Positions 1 through 12,634 of a stretch of 64,000 nt of DNA are shown here, piece by piece. The position numbers and the translations under genes were made by a program. The stretch lies in NCBI RefSeq assembly GCF_056712565.1, contig NZ_CM160072.1. One strand, 5' to 3'. The notes beneath the pieces are model-generated. The model was not told where the DNA came from. It saw only the letters and a program-made list of their open reading frames with translations, and made no database searches. Each line of letters opens with the position of its first letter. Position 1 is the stretch's first letter.

Positions 1-1
1 G

Positions 2-1402
2 GTCGGTAAATCGCTGATGCTGCCGGTATCCGTACTGCCTATCGCAGGTATTCTGCTGGGCGTCGGTTCCGCGAATTTCAGCTGGCTGCCCGCCGTTGTA
101 TCGCATGTTATGGCAGAAGCAGGCGGTTCCGTCTTTGCAAACATGCCACTGATTTTTGCGATCGGTGTCGCCCTCGGCTTTACCAATAACGATGGCGTAT
201 CCGCGCTGGCCGCAGTTGTTGCCTATGGCATCATGGTTAAAACCATGGCCGTGGTTGCGCCACTGGTACTGCATTTACCTGCTGAAGAAATCGCCTCTAA
301 ACACCTGGCGGATACTGGCGTACTCGGGGGGATTATCTCCGGTGCGATCGCAGCGTACATGTTTAACCGTTTCTACCGTATTAAGCTGCCTGAGTATCTT
401 GGCTTCTTTGCCGGTAAACGCTTTGTGCCGATCATTTCAGGCCTGGCTGCCATCTTTACTGGCGTTGTGCTGTCCTTCATTTGGCCGCCGATTGGTTCTG
501 CAATCCAGACCTTCTCTCAGTGGGCTGCTTACCAGAACCCGGTAGTTGCGTTTGGCATTTACGGTTTCATCGAACGTTGCCTGGTACCGTTTGGTCTGCA
601 CCACATCTGGAACGTACCTTTCCAGATGCAGATTGGTGAATACACCAACGCAGCAGGTCAGGTTTTCCACGGCGACATTCCGCGTTATATGGCGGGTGAC
701 CCGACTGCGGGTAAACTGTCTGGTGGCTTCCTGTTCAAAATGTACGGTCTGCCAGCTGCCGCAATTGCTATCTGGCACTCTGCTAAACCAGAAAACCGCG
801 CGAAAGTGGGCGGTATTATGATCTCCGCGGCGCTGACCTCGTTCCTGACCGGTATCACCGAGCCGATCGAGTTCTCCTTCATGTTCGTTGCGCCGATCCT
901 GTACATCATCCACGCGATTCTGGCAGGCCTGGCATTCCCAATCTGTATTCTTCTGGGGATGCGTGACGGTACGTCGTTCTCGCACGGTCTGATCGACTTC
1001 ATCGTTCTGTCTGGTAACAGCAGCAAACTGTGGCTGTTCCCGATCGTCGGTATCGGTTATGCCATTGTTTACTACACCATCTTCCGCGTGCTGATTAAAG
1101 CACTGGATCTGAAAACGCCGGGTCGTGAAGATGCGACTGAAGATGCAAAAGCGACAGGTACCAGCGAAATGGCACCGGCTCTGGTTGCTGCATTTGGTGG
1201 TAAAGAAAACATTACTAACCTCGACGCATGTATTACCCGTCTGCGCGTCAGCGTTGCTGATGTGTCTAAAGTGGATCAGGCTGGCCTGAAGAAACTGGGC
1301 GCAGCGGGCGTAGTGGTTGCTGGTTCTGGTGTTCAGGCGATTTTCGGTACTAAATCCGATAACCTGAAAACCGAGATGGATGAGTACATCCGTAACCACT
1401 AA
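2..1402 (+). CDS. ptsG: PTS glucose-specific EIICB component, 5' end cut by window edge
   Basis: Frame continues to position 2 ([10 protein letters not shown]...); translation matches remembered PtsG through C-terminus ...[10 protein letters not shown]. Confidence 0.95.
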
Positions 1403-1426
1403 TCCGTAAGACGTTGGGGAGACTAA

Positions 1427-1450
1427 GGCAGCCAGATGGCTGCCTTTTTT
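1427..1450. terminator. Intrinsic terminator between convergent ptsG and fhuE
   Basis: Hairpin GGCAGCC-agat-GGCTGCC followed by TTTTTT, 25 nt after the ptsG stop. Confidence 0.6.
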
Positions 1451-1461
1451 ACAGGTGTTAT

Positions 1462-3651
1462 TCAGAATTGATACGTGCCGGTAATGCTGAAATTACGCGG
1501 TGCGCCGTAGACGATAGAACCTTCCACGTTGGTATCGTAGGTTTTGTCGAACAGGTTATTGACGTTCCCCTGTAACGAGAAGTTTTTCGTCACCTGGTAG
1601 CGGGTGAAGAGATCCACCAGCGCGTAGCTACCTTGCTCGGCGCGGAAGGTGCCATACGGTGTCACGGTGTCGGTATACACGCGATTTTGCCAGTTAACAC
1701 CACCGCCGACCGTCAACTCTGGCATGACAGGCAACCGGTAGCTGGTGAACATTTTAACCGTGGTGCGTGGCAGATTAGGATTAACGGCGTTTCCTTCGTT
1801 ATCTTCTGCAATATAGCGCGTTGCGCCAAACGTCAGCTGCCAGTTGTCGGTAATTGCGCCGTTGAGTTCAAATTCCACACCTTTACTGACTGTCCCATCC
1901 ACCGCTTTATAGGCGGTTTCGCCGTTGCTGCCGGGGATAGGTGTACCGGTGGACTGAGCGACATTATCCTGCTCAATACGGAAGATGGCTAACGTGGTGG
2001 TCAGACGGCTATTCATCCAGTCCGATTTCAGACCCAGCTCGTAGTTGTTACCGGTGATTGGAGTCAGATATTTGCCTGAACTGTCACGATCATTTTGCGG
2101 CTGGAAAATAGAGGTATAGCTGGCGTAGGTCGACCAGTTGTCATTGATGTCAAACACCAGACCAGCGTAAGGCGTGGTGTGGTTTTTCTCCATGCTGTAA
2201 GTCAGCGTATCAACCCGCCAGTTGGTATAACGTGCGCCGAGGATCAGATGCAGCGGATCGGCAAGGGTGACACGAGTGGCAGCATATAACGATTTCATAT
2301 GTGTGGTATCGTCCTGCGCCAGGCTCTGTGGTGACCAGTCGGTTTGTGGGAAATTGCCATTAAAGTTGTAGAAACTGCCAATTTCATCCGGGAAGATGTT
2401 GGCCCATGAACTGAAGTAACGATTGTTTTGTTTGCTGTAACTGCCACCAAACATTAGATTGTGCTGACGACCAAACAATTCATAACTACCGTCAGCGAAC
2501 AAATCCAGCGCATCAACTTTACGTTTGCCGCTGTTCCAACCGGTGCCGCCGACATAATCAAAACCAGGTCCATAATTACTGTATGGCCCAACCAGCATAC
2601 CATCCGCTTTGTTTACATAGGCATCGACATACATCATTTTGCTGTCAAATTCGACTTCAGAGTGGGTGGCATTCAGCGTCGCTTGCCAGGTATCAGCAAA
2701 CCGCTGCTTCAGGGTCATAAAGACCTTGTTGATCTCTTTATCGTTGTACGCCCAGTCAGGTGCGGTACTGCGTGCGCGATCGTAACTGTTGCTGCTGCCA
2801 TCAGTATTCCAGCGCGGTAAACCACCCCAGGTTGGGCTATTAACATCAATACGCTGATATTCGTAACCGGCTGAAAGCATCGTAAGATCGCCTAAATCAG
2901 CATCGACAATGCCGGAGAAGAAGGTCTTTTCACTGTTGTAGCGGTCCAGCCATGAGTCGTTATTCTGGTAGCCGCCGACAATTCGTGCGCGGATTTTACC
3001 ATCTTCGGTGAGTGGGCTTTGTAAATCCGCCACATACCGTTCTTTGTTCCAGCTACCGTATTCCGCCGAGACATCGCCTTTAAATTCACGACTGGTCGCG
3101 TGTTTTCGAACCATATTAATTGCCGCAGATGGATTACCCGTCCCGGTCATGAGGCCTGTCGCGCCACGCACTACTTCTACGCGTTCAAACAGTGCCATAT
3201 CAGAAAGTGCGTCGCCCAGATTCCAGCGCGATTCAAAATAGGTGGGGATACCATCAACCATATAGTTATCGATCTGGAATCCGCGGGAATAATAAAGAGC
3301 ACGATCGGAATCCGCCTGACTTTTGCTGATCCCCAGCGTGTTTTCCATCACTTCGCCCAGCGTTTGTAACTGCTGATCTTCCATCCGCTGCTGGCTAACA
3401 ATAGTGACCGACTGAGGAATATCACGTTGAGTCATCTGCATTTTTGTACCCGCAGAGGTAGACGTTACGTTGTAATCATTTTCGCCATCATCTGGGGCTG
3501 TGGCTGAACCCTCAACAATCACCGTTTCTTCAGTGACTGGTGCAGCAAAAGCGGCGGAAGGTAATAGTGCCAGTGCTATGCAACCGGCAAGGAGTGACGG
3601 TTTGATGATAGCTTGATGTTGATTATCCCTGTTAAATTGTGTCGAAAGCAT
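1462..3651 (-). CDS. fhuE: TonB-dependent outer membrane receptor for ferric coprogen/rhodotorulic acid
   Basis: 729 aa ORF; signal peptide, TonB-dependent receptor features and terminal aromatic residue (…TGTYQF); position matches K-12. Confidence 0.92.
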   Translation of the reverse strand: MLSTQFNRDNQHQAIIKPSLLAGCIALALLPSAAFAAPVTEETVIVEGSATAPDDGENDYNVTSTSAGTKMQMTQRDIPQSVTIVSQQRMEDQQLQTLGEVMENTLGISKSQADSDRALYYSRGFQIDNYMVDGIPTYFESRWNLGDALSDMALFERVEVVRGATGLMTGTGNPSAAINMVRKHATSREFKGDVSAEYGSWNKERYVADLQSPLTEDGKIRARIVGGYQNNDSWLDRYNSEKTFFSGIVDADLGDLTMLSAGYEYQRIDVNSPTWGGLPRWNTDGSSNSYDRARSTAPDWAYNDKEINKVFMTLKQRFADTWQATLNATHSEVEFDSKMMYVDAYVNKADGMLVGPYSNYGPGFDYVGGTGWNSGKRKVDALDLFADGSYELFGRQHNLMFGGSYSKQNNRYFSSWANIFPDEIGSFYNFNGNFPQTDWSPQSLAQDDTTHMKSLYAATRVTLADPLHLILGARYTNWRVDTLTYSMEKNHTTPYAGLVFDINDNWSTYASYTSIFQPQNDRDSSGKYLTPITGNNYELGLKSDWMNSRLTTTLAIFRIEQDNVAQSTGTPIPGSNGETAYKAVDGTVSKGVEFELNGAITDNWQLTFGATRYIAEDNEGNAVNPNLPRTTVKMFTSYRLPVMPELTVGGGVNWQNRVYTDTVTPYGTFRAEQGSYALVDLFTRYQVTKNFSLQGNVNNLFDKTYDTNVEGSIVYGAPRNFSITGTYQF

Positions 3652-3724
3652 TTGAAATCTCTTGGTTTATGTTGGCGTCAGGCTCATGCCGGAGCAGGGT
3701 GATGAGCGGTTATATTTAGTGTGC

Positions 3725-3775
3725 GAATAATTTTGTATGTAAATGCAAATGAGAAATATACGCATTCATATTTAG
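3725..3775 (-). promoter_or_regulatory. AT-rich fhuE upstream region with Fur-box-like imperfect repeat (candidate)
   Basis: AAATGAGAAATAT...ATTCATATTT resembles GATAAT-type Fur hexamers; fhuE is a known Fur-regulated gene; exact site not resolvable by eye. Confidence 0.25.
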
Positions 3776-3984
3776 TGTGTAAACCAAACAGAGAATGTCT
3801 TTTCAGCGCATTCGCAGGCAGAAATGGGAATAATGGCGATATATACGGCAGCAAAACGATTTTTTGCTTAAGAAATCGTGAGTTAAGGTTGAAAGAGCAG
3901 GTTTAACTCGACCATACTCTATACTCGCAGTGTGGCGCGGCGTAGCATGGCGCAACGCATGGCTATTTGAAAAAGGAAAATGTC

Positions 3985-4344
3985 GTGGCAGAAGAAACTA
4001 TATTCAGCAAAATTATTCGTCGTGAGATCCCCTCCGATATCGTCTACCAGGATGATCTGGTAACGGCGTTTCGCGATATTTCGCCGCAAGCGCCAACGCA
4101 TATTCTGATCATTCCGAATATCCTCATTCCGACTGTGAACGACGTGTCAGCTGAGCATGAGCAGGCGCTGGGACGCATGATCACCGTAGCGGCAAAAATT
4201 GCTGAGCAAGAAGGTATTGCCGAAGATGGCTATCGTCTGATCATGAACACCAACCGCCATGGCGGACAAGAGGTTTACCACATCCATATGCATTTGTTGG
4301 GTGGCTGTCCGCTGGGACCAATGCTGGCGCATAAAGGTCTGTAA
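3985..4344 (+). CDS. hinT: Purine nucleoside phosphoramidase (HIT family)
   Basis: GTG start gives 119 aa [24 protein letters not shown]...; histidine-triad motif HIHMHLLGG. Confidence 0.9.
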   Translation: MAEETIFSKIIRREIPSDIVYQDDLVTAFRDISPQAPTHILIIPNILIPTVNDVSAEHEQALGRMITVAAKIAEQEGIAEDGYRLIMNTNRHGGQEVYHIHMHLLGGCPLGPMLAHKGL

Positions 4345-4346
4345 CG

Positions 4347-4724
4347 ATGAGAAAAGGATGCTTTGGGCTGATGTCTCTGGCGTTGTTAGTGCTGGTGGGC
4401 TGTCGTTCACATCCGGAAATTCCGGTGAATGATGAGCAATCGCTGGTGATGGAGTCATCTTTATTAGCTGCGGGCATCAGTGCAGAAAAGCCCGTCCTTT
4501 CGACATCTGATATTCAACCTTCAGCATCCTCAACGCTTTATAACGAAAGGCAAGAACCCGTTACCGTTCATTATCGTTTTTACTGGTATGACGCCAGAGG
4601 GCTGGAGATGCATCCTCTGGAAAGGCCACGCAGCGTTACCATTCCCGCACATTCGGCGGTCACGCTGTACGGCAGCGCCAATTTTCTGGGGGCGCACAAA
4701 GTCAGACTTTATCTATATTTGTAA
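4347..4724 (+). CDS. ycfL: Lipoprotein YcfL
   Basis: 125 aa ORF with lipobox LVGC; 3 nt after hinT stop. Confidence 0.8.
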   Translation: MRKGCFGLMSLALLVLVGCRSHPEIPVNDEQSLVMESSLLAAGISAEKPVLSTSDIQPSASSTLYNERQEPVTVHYRFYWYDARGLEMHPLERPRSVTIPAHSAVTLYGSANFLGAHKVRLYLYL

Positions 4725-4737
4725 GGGGTGAATCTTG

Positions 4738-5359
4738 ATGACAAAAATGAGTCGCTACGCCTTGATTACCGCGCTGGCGATGTTTCTTGCCGGGTGTGTG
4801 GGGCAACGTGAACCTGCACCGGTAGAAGAAGTGAAACCAGCGCCGGAACAACCTGCTGAGCCACAACAGCCTGTCCCCACAGTGCCATCGGTGCCGACGA
4901 TACCGCAGCAGCCAGGCCCAATTGAGCACGAAGATCAAACTGCACCGCCTGCGCCGCATATTCGCCATTATGACTGGAATGGCGCAATGCAGCCGATGGT
5001 CAGTAAGATGCTTGGGGCTGACGGCGTGACTGCGGGTAGCGTCCTGCTGGTTGATAGCGTTAACAACCGTACTAATGGTTCGTTGAATGCCGCAGAAGCG
5101 ACCGAAACGCTGCGAAATGCGCTGGCTAATAACGGTAAATTTACCCTGGTTTCCGCCCAGCAGCTGTCGATGGCTAAGCAACAATTAGGTTTGTCGCCGC
5201 AGGACAGTTTAGGCACCCGTAGTAAAGCCATAGGCATTGCCCGCAATGTTGGCGCTCATTACGTGCTGTACTCCAGCGCCTCTGGCAACGTTAACGCTCC
5301 GACCCTACAAATGCAGCTGATGCTGGTGCAGACGGGCGAAATTATCTGGTCAGGTAAAG

Positions 5360-5379
<20 letters not shown>
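4738..5379 (+). CDS. lpoB: Outer membrane lipoprotein activator of PBP1B
   Basis: [20 protein letters not shown] lipobox, proline-rich linker; matches remembered LpoB. Confidence 0.9.
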
Positions 5380-7220
<1,841 letters not shown>

Positions 7221-7242
7221 CCCTGGCTTATGTGAGGAAGCG

Positions 7243-7785
7243 ATGATTATCTATTTGCACGGTTTTGACTCTAACAGTCCGGGTAACCACGAGAAAGTCT
7301 TACAATTGCAGTTTATTGACCCGGATGTACGGCTAATAAGCTACAGTACGCGGCATCCGAAACATGATATGCAGCATTTGCTCAAAGAAGTGGACAAAAT
7401 GTTGCAACTGAACGTCGACGAGCGCCCGCTCATTTGTGGTGTTGGTCTGGGCGGTTATTGGGCTGAGCGGATTGGTTTTCTCTGTGATATCCGCCAGGTG
7501 ATCTTCAACCCCAATTTGTTCCCTTATGAGAACATGGAAGGGAAGATTGATCGCCCGGAAGAGTATGCCGATATTGCCACTAAGTGTGTGACCAACTTCC
7601 GTGAGAAGAATCGCGATCGTTGCCTGGTGATTTTGTCGCGTAATGATGAAGCGCTTAACAGCCAGCGGACATCTGAAGAGTTGCATCATTATTACGAGAT
7701 TGTCTGGGACGAAGAGCAGACGCACAAATTCAAGAATATCTCCCCGCATTTACAGCGCATTAAAGCGTTCAAAACCCTCGGGTAA
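7243..7785 (+). CDS. ycfP: UPF0227 esterase-like protein YcfP
   Basis: 180 aa from ATG at 7243 ([11 protein letters not shown]...); synteny. Confidence 0.85.
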
Positions 7786-7789
7786 ATGC

Positions 7790-7920
7790 CCTCGTCGCAT
7801 CAGGTAACCTTGCCGGTACCTGATGCGCTCCGGATTCTGTGGGTTGGATAAGGCGTTCCGCCGCATCCGACAGTCGAGCATCAATGCCTGATGCGCCTCT
7901 TATCAGGCCTACCGAACGCC
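7790..7920. repeat. REP/BIME palindromic elements
   Basis: Repeated GCCTGATGCGC / CGGATGCGGCG / CTTATCAGGCCTAC motifs in the ycfP-ndh intergenic region. Confidence 0.8.
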
Positions 7921-8183
7921 CTCCATACACACCTCACTCTATATCATTCTCACAAATCAGCTCAAATAATAAACAACAAACTCTGTTTTTTGATCTCACC
8001 CGGTAAAGTCGCCTATCTTTTCAGCAACAAAACTTGATTAACATCAATTTTGGTATGACCAATGCACCATTCATGTTATTCTCAATAGCGAAGAACATTT
8101 TCATTGCTGTAACCTGTTGTTAATTAAGAGCTATGTTAATAACCATTAATTAACAATTGGTTAATAAATTTAAGGGGGTCACG

Positions 8184-9488
8184 TTGACTACGCCATTGAA
8201 AAAAATTGTGATTGTCGGCGGCGGTGCTGGTGGGCTGGAAATGGCAACACAGCTGGGGCATAAGCTGGGACGCAAGAAAAAAGCCAAAATTACGCTGGTC
8301 GATCGTAACCACAGCCACCTGTGGAAACCGCTGCTGCACGAAGTGGCGACTGGCTCGCTTGATGAAGGCGTCGATGCGTTGAGCTATCTGGCCCATGCGC
8401 GCAATCATGGTTTCCAGTTCCAGCTGGGTTCCGTAATTGATATTGATCGTGAAGCGAAAACAATCACTATTGCAGAACTGCGCGACGAGAAAGGTGAACT
8501 GCTGGTTCCGGAACGTAAAATCGCCTATGACACCCTGGTAATGGCGCTGGGTAGCACCTCTAACGATTTCAATACACCAGGTGTCAAAGAGAACTGCATT
8601 TTCCTCGATAACCCGCACCAGGCGCGTCGCTTCCACCAGGAGATGCTGAATCTGTTCCTGAAATACTCCGCCAACCTGGGCGCGAATGGCAAAGTAAACA
8701 TTGCGATTGTCGGCGGCGGCGCGACGGGTGTAGAACTCTCCGCTGAATTGCACAACGCGGTCAAGCAACTGCACAGTTACGGTTATAAAGGTCTGACCAA
8801 CGAAGCCCTGAACGTAACGCTGGTAGAAGCGGGCGAACGTATTTTGCCTGCATTGCCGCCACGTATCTCTGCTGCGGCCCATAGTGAGTTAACGAAACTA
8901 GGCGTTCGCGTGCTGACGCAAACCATGGTCACCAGTGCTGATGAAGGCGGCCTGCACACTAAAGATGGCGAATATATTGAGGCTGATCTGATGGTGTGGG
9001 CAGCCGGGATCAAAGCGCCAGACTTCCTGAAAGATATCGGTGGTCTTGAAACCAACCGTATCAACCAGCTGGTGGTGGAACCGACGCTGCAAACCACTCG
9101 CGATCCAGACATATACGCTATTGGCGACTGCGCGTCATGCCCGCGTCCGGAAGGGGGCTTTGTTCCGCCGCGCGCTCAGGCCGCACATCAGATGGCAACC
9201 TGCGCAATGAACAACATTCTGGCGCAGATGAACGGTAAGCCGCTGAAAAATTATCAGTATAAAGATCACGGTTCGCTGGTATCGCTGTCGAACTTTTCCA
9301 CCGTCGGTAGCCTGATGGGTAACCTGACACGCGGCTCAATGATGATTGAAGGACGAATTGCGCGCTTTGTATACATCTCGCTGTACCGAATGCACCAGAT
9401 TGCGCTGCATGGTTACTTTAAAACCGGATTAATGATGCTGGTGGGGAGTATTAACCGCGTTATCCGTCCACGTTTGAAGTTGCATTAA
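8184..9488 (+). CDS. ndh: NADH dehydrogenase II (NDH-2)
   Basis: 434 aa from TTG at 8184 ([17 protein letters not shown] Rossmann motif). Confidence 0.92.
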   Translation: MTTPLKKIVIVGGGAGGLEMATQLGHKLGRKKKAKITLVDRNHSHLWKPLLHEVATGSLDEGVDALSYLAHARNHGFQFQLGSVIDIDREAKTITIAELRDEKGELLVPERKIAYDTLVMALGSTSNDFNTPGVKENCIFLDNPHQARRFHQEMLNLFLKYSANLGANGKVNIAIVGGGATGVELSAELHNAVKQLHSYGYKGLTNEALNVTLVEAGERILPALPPRISAAAHSELTKLGVRVLTQTMVTSADEGGLHTKDGEYIEADLMVWAAGIKAPDFLKDIGGLETNRINQLVVEPTLQTTRDPDIYAIGDCASCPRPEGGFVPPRAQAAHQMATCAMNNILAQMNGKPLKNYQYKDHGSLVSLSNFSTVGSLMGNLTRGSMMIEGRIARFVYISLYRMHQIALHGYFKTGLMMLVGSINRVIRPRLKLH

Positions 9489-9494
9489 TCGGCT

Positions 9495-9590
<96 letters not shown>

Positions 9591-9714
9591 CCTTCAGACT
9601 CCTCCGAATCCCTAAGTATTTCCAGCCATTCCCGCGCTTTTCATCTTCTGTCTGATAGCTGCTTTTCTCCTTCGCTTGCATGATTGGCATAACAGCAAAG
9701 AAGGAGGTATTCCC

Positions 9715-10254
9715 GTGAATAAGTCAATGTTGGCGGGTATCGGGATTGGTGTCGCAGCTGCGCTGGGCGTAGCGGCAGTGGCCAGTCTGAACGTGTTTGA
9801 ACGTGGCCCGCAATACGCTCAGGTTGTTTCTGCAACCCCAATCAAGGAAACGGTTAAAACACCGCGTCAGGAGTGTCGCAACGTTACAGTGACCCATCGT
9901 CGACCGGTGCAGGATGAAAATCGCATTACCGGGTCGGTGCTCGGCGCTGTTGCTGGCGGCGTGATTGGGCATCAGTTTGGTGGTGGTCGCGGTAAAGATG
10001 TCGCCACTGTTGTGGGGGCGCTGGGGGGTGGATATGCAGGTAACCAGATCCAGGGCTCTCTCCAGGAAAGCGATACTTACACGACTACGCAACAGCGTTG
10101 TAAAACGGTGTATGACAAGTCAGAAAAAATGCTCGGTTATGATGTGACCTATAAGATTGGCGATCAGCAGGGCAAAATCCGAATGGACCGCGATCCGGGT
10201 ACGCAGATCCCGCTAGATAGCAACGGGCAGCTGATTTTGAATAACAAAGCATAA
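9715..10254 (+). CDS. ycfJ: Glycine-zipper membrane protein YcfJ
   Basis: GTG start after AGGAGG RBS; 179 aa MNKSMLAGIGIGVAAALG... Confidence 0.85.
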   Translation: MNKSMLAGIGIGVAAALGVAAVASLNVFERGPQYAQVVSATPIKETVKTPRQECRNVTVTHRRPVQDENRITGSVLGAVAGGVIGHQFGGGRGKDVATVVGALGGGYAGNQIQGSLQESDTYTTTQQRCKTVYDKSEKMLGYDVTYKIGDQQGKIRMDRDPGTQIPLDSNGQLILNNKA

Positions 10255-10276
10255 CAAGGTTGTACTCTGCAATTTA

Positions 10277-10310
10277 GCCCCTCATTCGCTCAAGCTGAGG
10301 GGCTTTTTTT
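10277..10310. terminator. Intrinsic terminator between ycfJ and comR
   Basis: GCCCCTCA...TGAGGGGC stem followed by TTTTTTT. Confidence 0.65.
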
Positions 10311-10315
10311 GCGAC

Positions 10316-10948
10316 CTATTTCAGCAGTTCCGGCCATAAACGCAAAGTCGTTCGGGCAATCTGCATCAGTTTTTCCAGCGATGCACCTTCGCGTGCGCTG
10401 ATCGACATCCCCTGAATAATACAATTAAGGAATTCTGCCAGATGCGTCACGTCACAGTGGGTCGGGATTTCCCCGCGCGCTTGTCGTTGACATAAAAACT
10501 GCTGCAAAGTGCGCTCTTGCATCGCATGGCGTGATTTCAGCGTATTGGCGATATCTCCTGAATCCGGGGAGAGGGTGGTGCAGTTGTTGATCATGAAGCA
10601 GCCAGCCGGAGTGTCTTTGCTGGTAAAGCAGTTGGCGATGGCAGCAAAATAGTCAGCCAGCGCAGACTCCACGCTTTTCTCTTCACAAAACAGCTGTGCT
10701 TCATGCTTGGCGGCAAAACGATCGATATAGCGGTCGAGTACGGCGCGGAATAACCCCTCTTTGTTGGTAAATTCCGCGTATAGCGTGGGCGCTTTAGCTC
10801 CGGTCGCTTCAACGAGGTCCGCAAGAGAAGTCGCTTCATAACCGTGCTGCCAGAACAATTTCATGGCCTTATCAAGCGCGGCATCCCTGTCGAACACTTT
10901 TGGGCGGCCACGGCTTTTTTTTACACATTGTGTTGAGTCAGTTGCCAT
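10316..10948 (-). CDS. comR: TetR-family transcriptional repressor
   Basis: 210 aa from ATG at 10948 (MATDSTQCVKKSRGRPK...), TetR HTH. Confidence 0.85.
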   Translation of the reverse strand: MATDSTQCVKKSRGRPKVFDRDAALDKAMKLFWQHGYEATSLADLVEATGAKAPTLYAEFTNKEGLFRAVLDRYIDRFAAKHEAQLFCEEKSVESALADYFAAIANCFTSKDTPAGCFMINNCTTLSPDSGDIANTLKSRHAMQERTLQQFLCQRQARGEIPTHCDVTHLAEFLNCIIQGMSISAREGASLEKLMQIARTTLRLWPELLK

Positions 10949-11188
10949 GATGCCGTTGTACCTGGTGACTGTGAATGAAAGGTTATTATAAAAATAATCA
11001 CCTCCGTTCACCAGTCCAGAAACCATAAAAATAATCGCTTTATATTTAACTGAAATTTAAAGGTTTTTAAATTAATTAATGATTGTTATAAAAAATATCT
11101 TGTATGTGATCCAGATCACATCTATCATTTAGTTATCGATCGTTAAGTAATTGCTTGCGACGTCATTCATCTGCATAAGGCCACTATT

Positions 11189-11446
11189 ATGAAAAACGTA
11201 AAAAACCTCATCGCTGCGGCGATTTTAAGCTCCATGTCATTTGCCAGCTTTGCGGCTGTCGAAGTTCAGTCCACGCCAGAAGGCCAACAAAAAGTCGGTA
11301 CTATCAGTGCTAACGCGGGGACAAATCTGGGATCGCTGGAAGAGCAGTTGGCGCAAAAAGCGGATGAGATGGGCGCAAAATCTTTCCGTATTACTTCTGT
11401 AACCGGTCCGAATACCCTCCATGGAACAGCAGTAATTTATAAATAA
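11189..11446 (+). CDS. bhsA: Multiple stress resistance protein BhsA (YcfR)
   Basis: 85 aa with signal peptide, MKNVKNLIAAAILSSMSFASFA... Confidence 0.9.
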   Translation: MKNVKNLIAAAILSSMSFASFAAVEVQSTPEGQQKVGTISANAGTNLGSLEEQLAQKADEMGAKSFRITSVTGPNTLHGTAVIYK

Positions 11447-11485
11447 GCATTAACCCTCATTAATGCCTGCTACTGCTGATTTTTT

Positions 11486-11518
11486 CCCCGCGACATGCCG
11501 TGTCGCGGGGATTTTTTT
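11486..11518 (+). terminator. bhsA intrinsic terminator
   Basis: CCCCGCGACA-tgccgtg-TCGCGGGG followed by ATTTTTTT. Confidence 0.7.
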
Positions 11519-11527
11519 ATCCGAGCT

Positions 11528-12493
11528 TTACAGAGTTTGTGGGCTCACTTGATGACGGCGGACATCCACCGGCATCCCGGAACGGACATCCATCACATGT
11601 TGCATCACTTCAGCGTCAGTTTGTGCTGCATCTTTAAATGATTGCATTGCGCTATTCAGCGTAATTGGCAGCAGCTGCGGATCGTCATCAATCTTCTCAG
11701 ACAGCGGCTGATGTACTTCAACCAGACGCGCACCGTTTGGTTCGGCAGAGACTTTTATCGGAGTGTTGATGATATTCACTTTGGTGCCTGGGGTGACCTG
11801 GCTAAAGAGTGTTTTGATATCGTCATCCCGCAGACGAATACAGCCAGAGCTTACCCGCATGCCAATGCCGAAATCGGCGTTCGTACCATGAAGCAAATAA
11901 ACGCCGCCATAGGCCGCCAGACGAATCGCATGATGGCCCATTGGGTTATCCGGTCCTGCCGGCACTACCGCAGGCAACTCAATTCCCTGTGCCTTATACC
12001 GCGCGCGGATGTTTGCCGTTGGCGTCCAGGTTGGGTTTGCACGTTTGTCTGAAACGGTAGTCACCATCGTTGGCGTCAGCGTGTCACCACCTAACTGACC
12101 AATGCCGATGGGATACACGGTTACCGAATTTTTACCCGGCGGGTAGTAATAGAGACGCAGCTCCGCAATGTTGATCACAATGCCTTCGCGCGGCGCGTCT
12201 GGAAGTAGGGTTTGCAACGGGATCGTTAACACGCTACCCGCGCGCGGTACGTAAGGATCAACGCCGGGGTTAGCCTGTAACAGAGCGAGAAAGCCGACGT
12301 TATATTTTTTGGCGATCGCTTCCAGAGAGCCACCGTCATTTTCCACCACATGAAATTTGTTTTCACCAACCAGACGACTGCCCGCTTGCGGCAGCGGCCA
12401 GGTGTTGGCTTTTGCCGGTAGCGCCAGCGCCACGGCAGCGGCGAACGTAAAAAACGTTAGCCAGCGAGAAAAATGCGTTTTGATCATCACCAA
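11528..12493 (-). CDS. ldtC: L,D-transpeptidase (YkuD/LysM family)
   Basis: 321 aa ORF with signal peptide; catalytic HGT...SSGCIRL motif; exact start not resolved. Confidence 0.85.
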   Translation of the reverse strand: MVMIKTHFSRWLTFFTFAAAVALALPAKANTWPLPQAGSRLVGENKFHVVENDGGSLEAIAKKYNVGFLALLQANPGVDPYVPRAGSVLTIPLQTLLPDAPREGIVINIAELRLYYYPPGKNSVTVYPIGIGQLGGDTLTPTMVTTVSDKRANPTWTPTANIRARYKAQGIELPAVVPAGPDNPMGHHAIRLAAYGGVYLLHGTNADFGIGMRVSSGCIRLRDDDIKTLFSQVTPGTKVNIINTPIKVSAEPNGARLVEVHQPLSEKIDDDPQLLPITLNSAMQSFKDAAQTDAEVMQHVMDVRSGMPVDVRRHQVSPQTL

Positions 12494-12634
12494 AAATCCA
12501 TAATAAATATAAGGTTATTGTAATAAACAGATAAGCCTGAATTATGGATGGTGACAGTGTCGGATAGTGCAGGGAAGTGCAAAGAATTTGTAAATGTTGC
12601 AGATGGGGGCGCAGAAACGCCCCTAATCTAACCA

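Noticed and set aside
437-1399. 320-aa minus-strand ORF inside ptsG
   Set aside because: Antisense to ptsG; artefact of an open frame.
8136-8882. 248-aa minus-strand ORF inside ndh
   Set aside because: Antisense to ndh, overlaps its promoter, no support as a gene.
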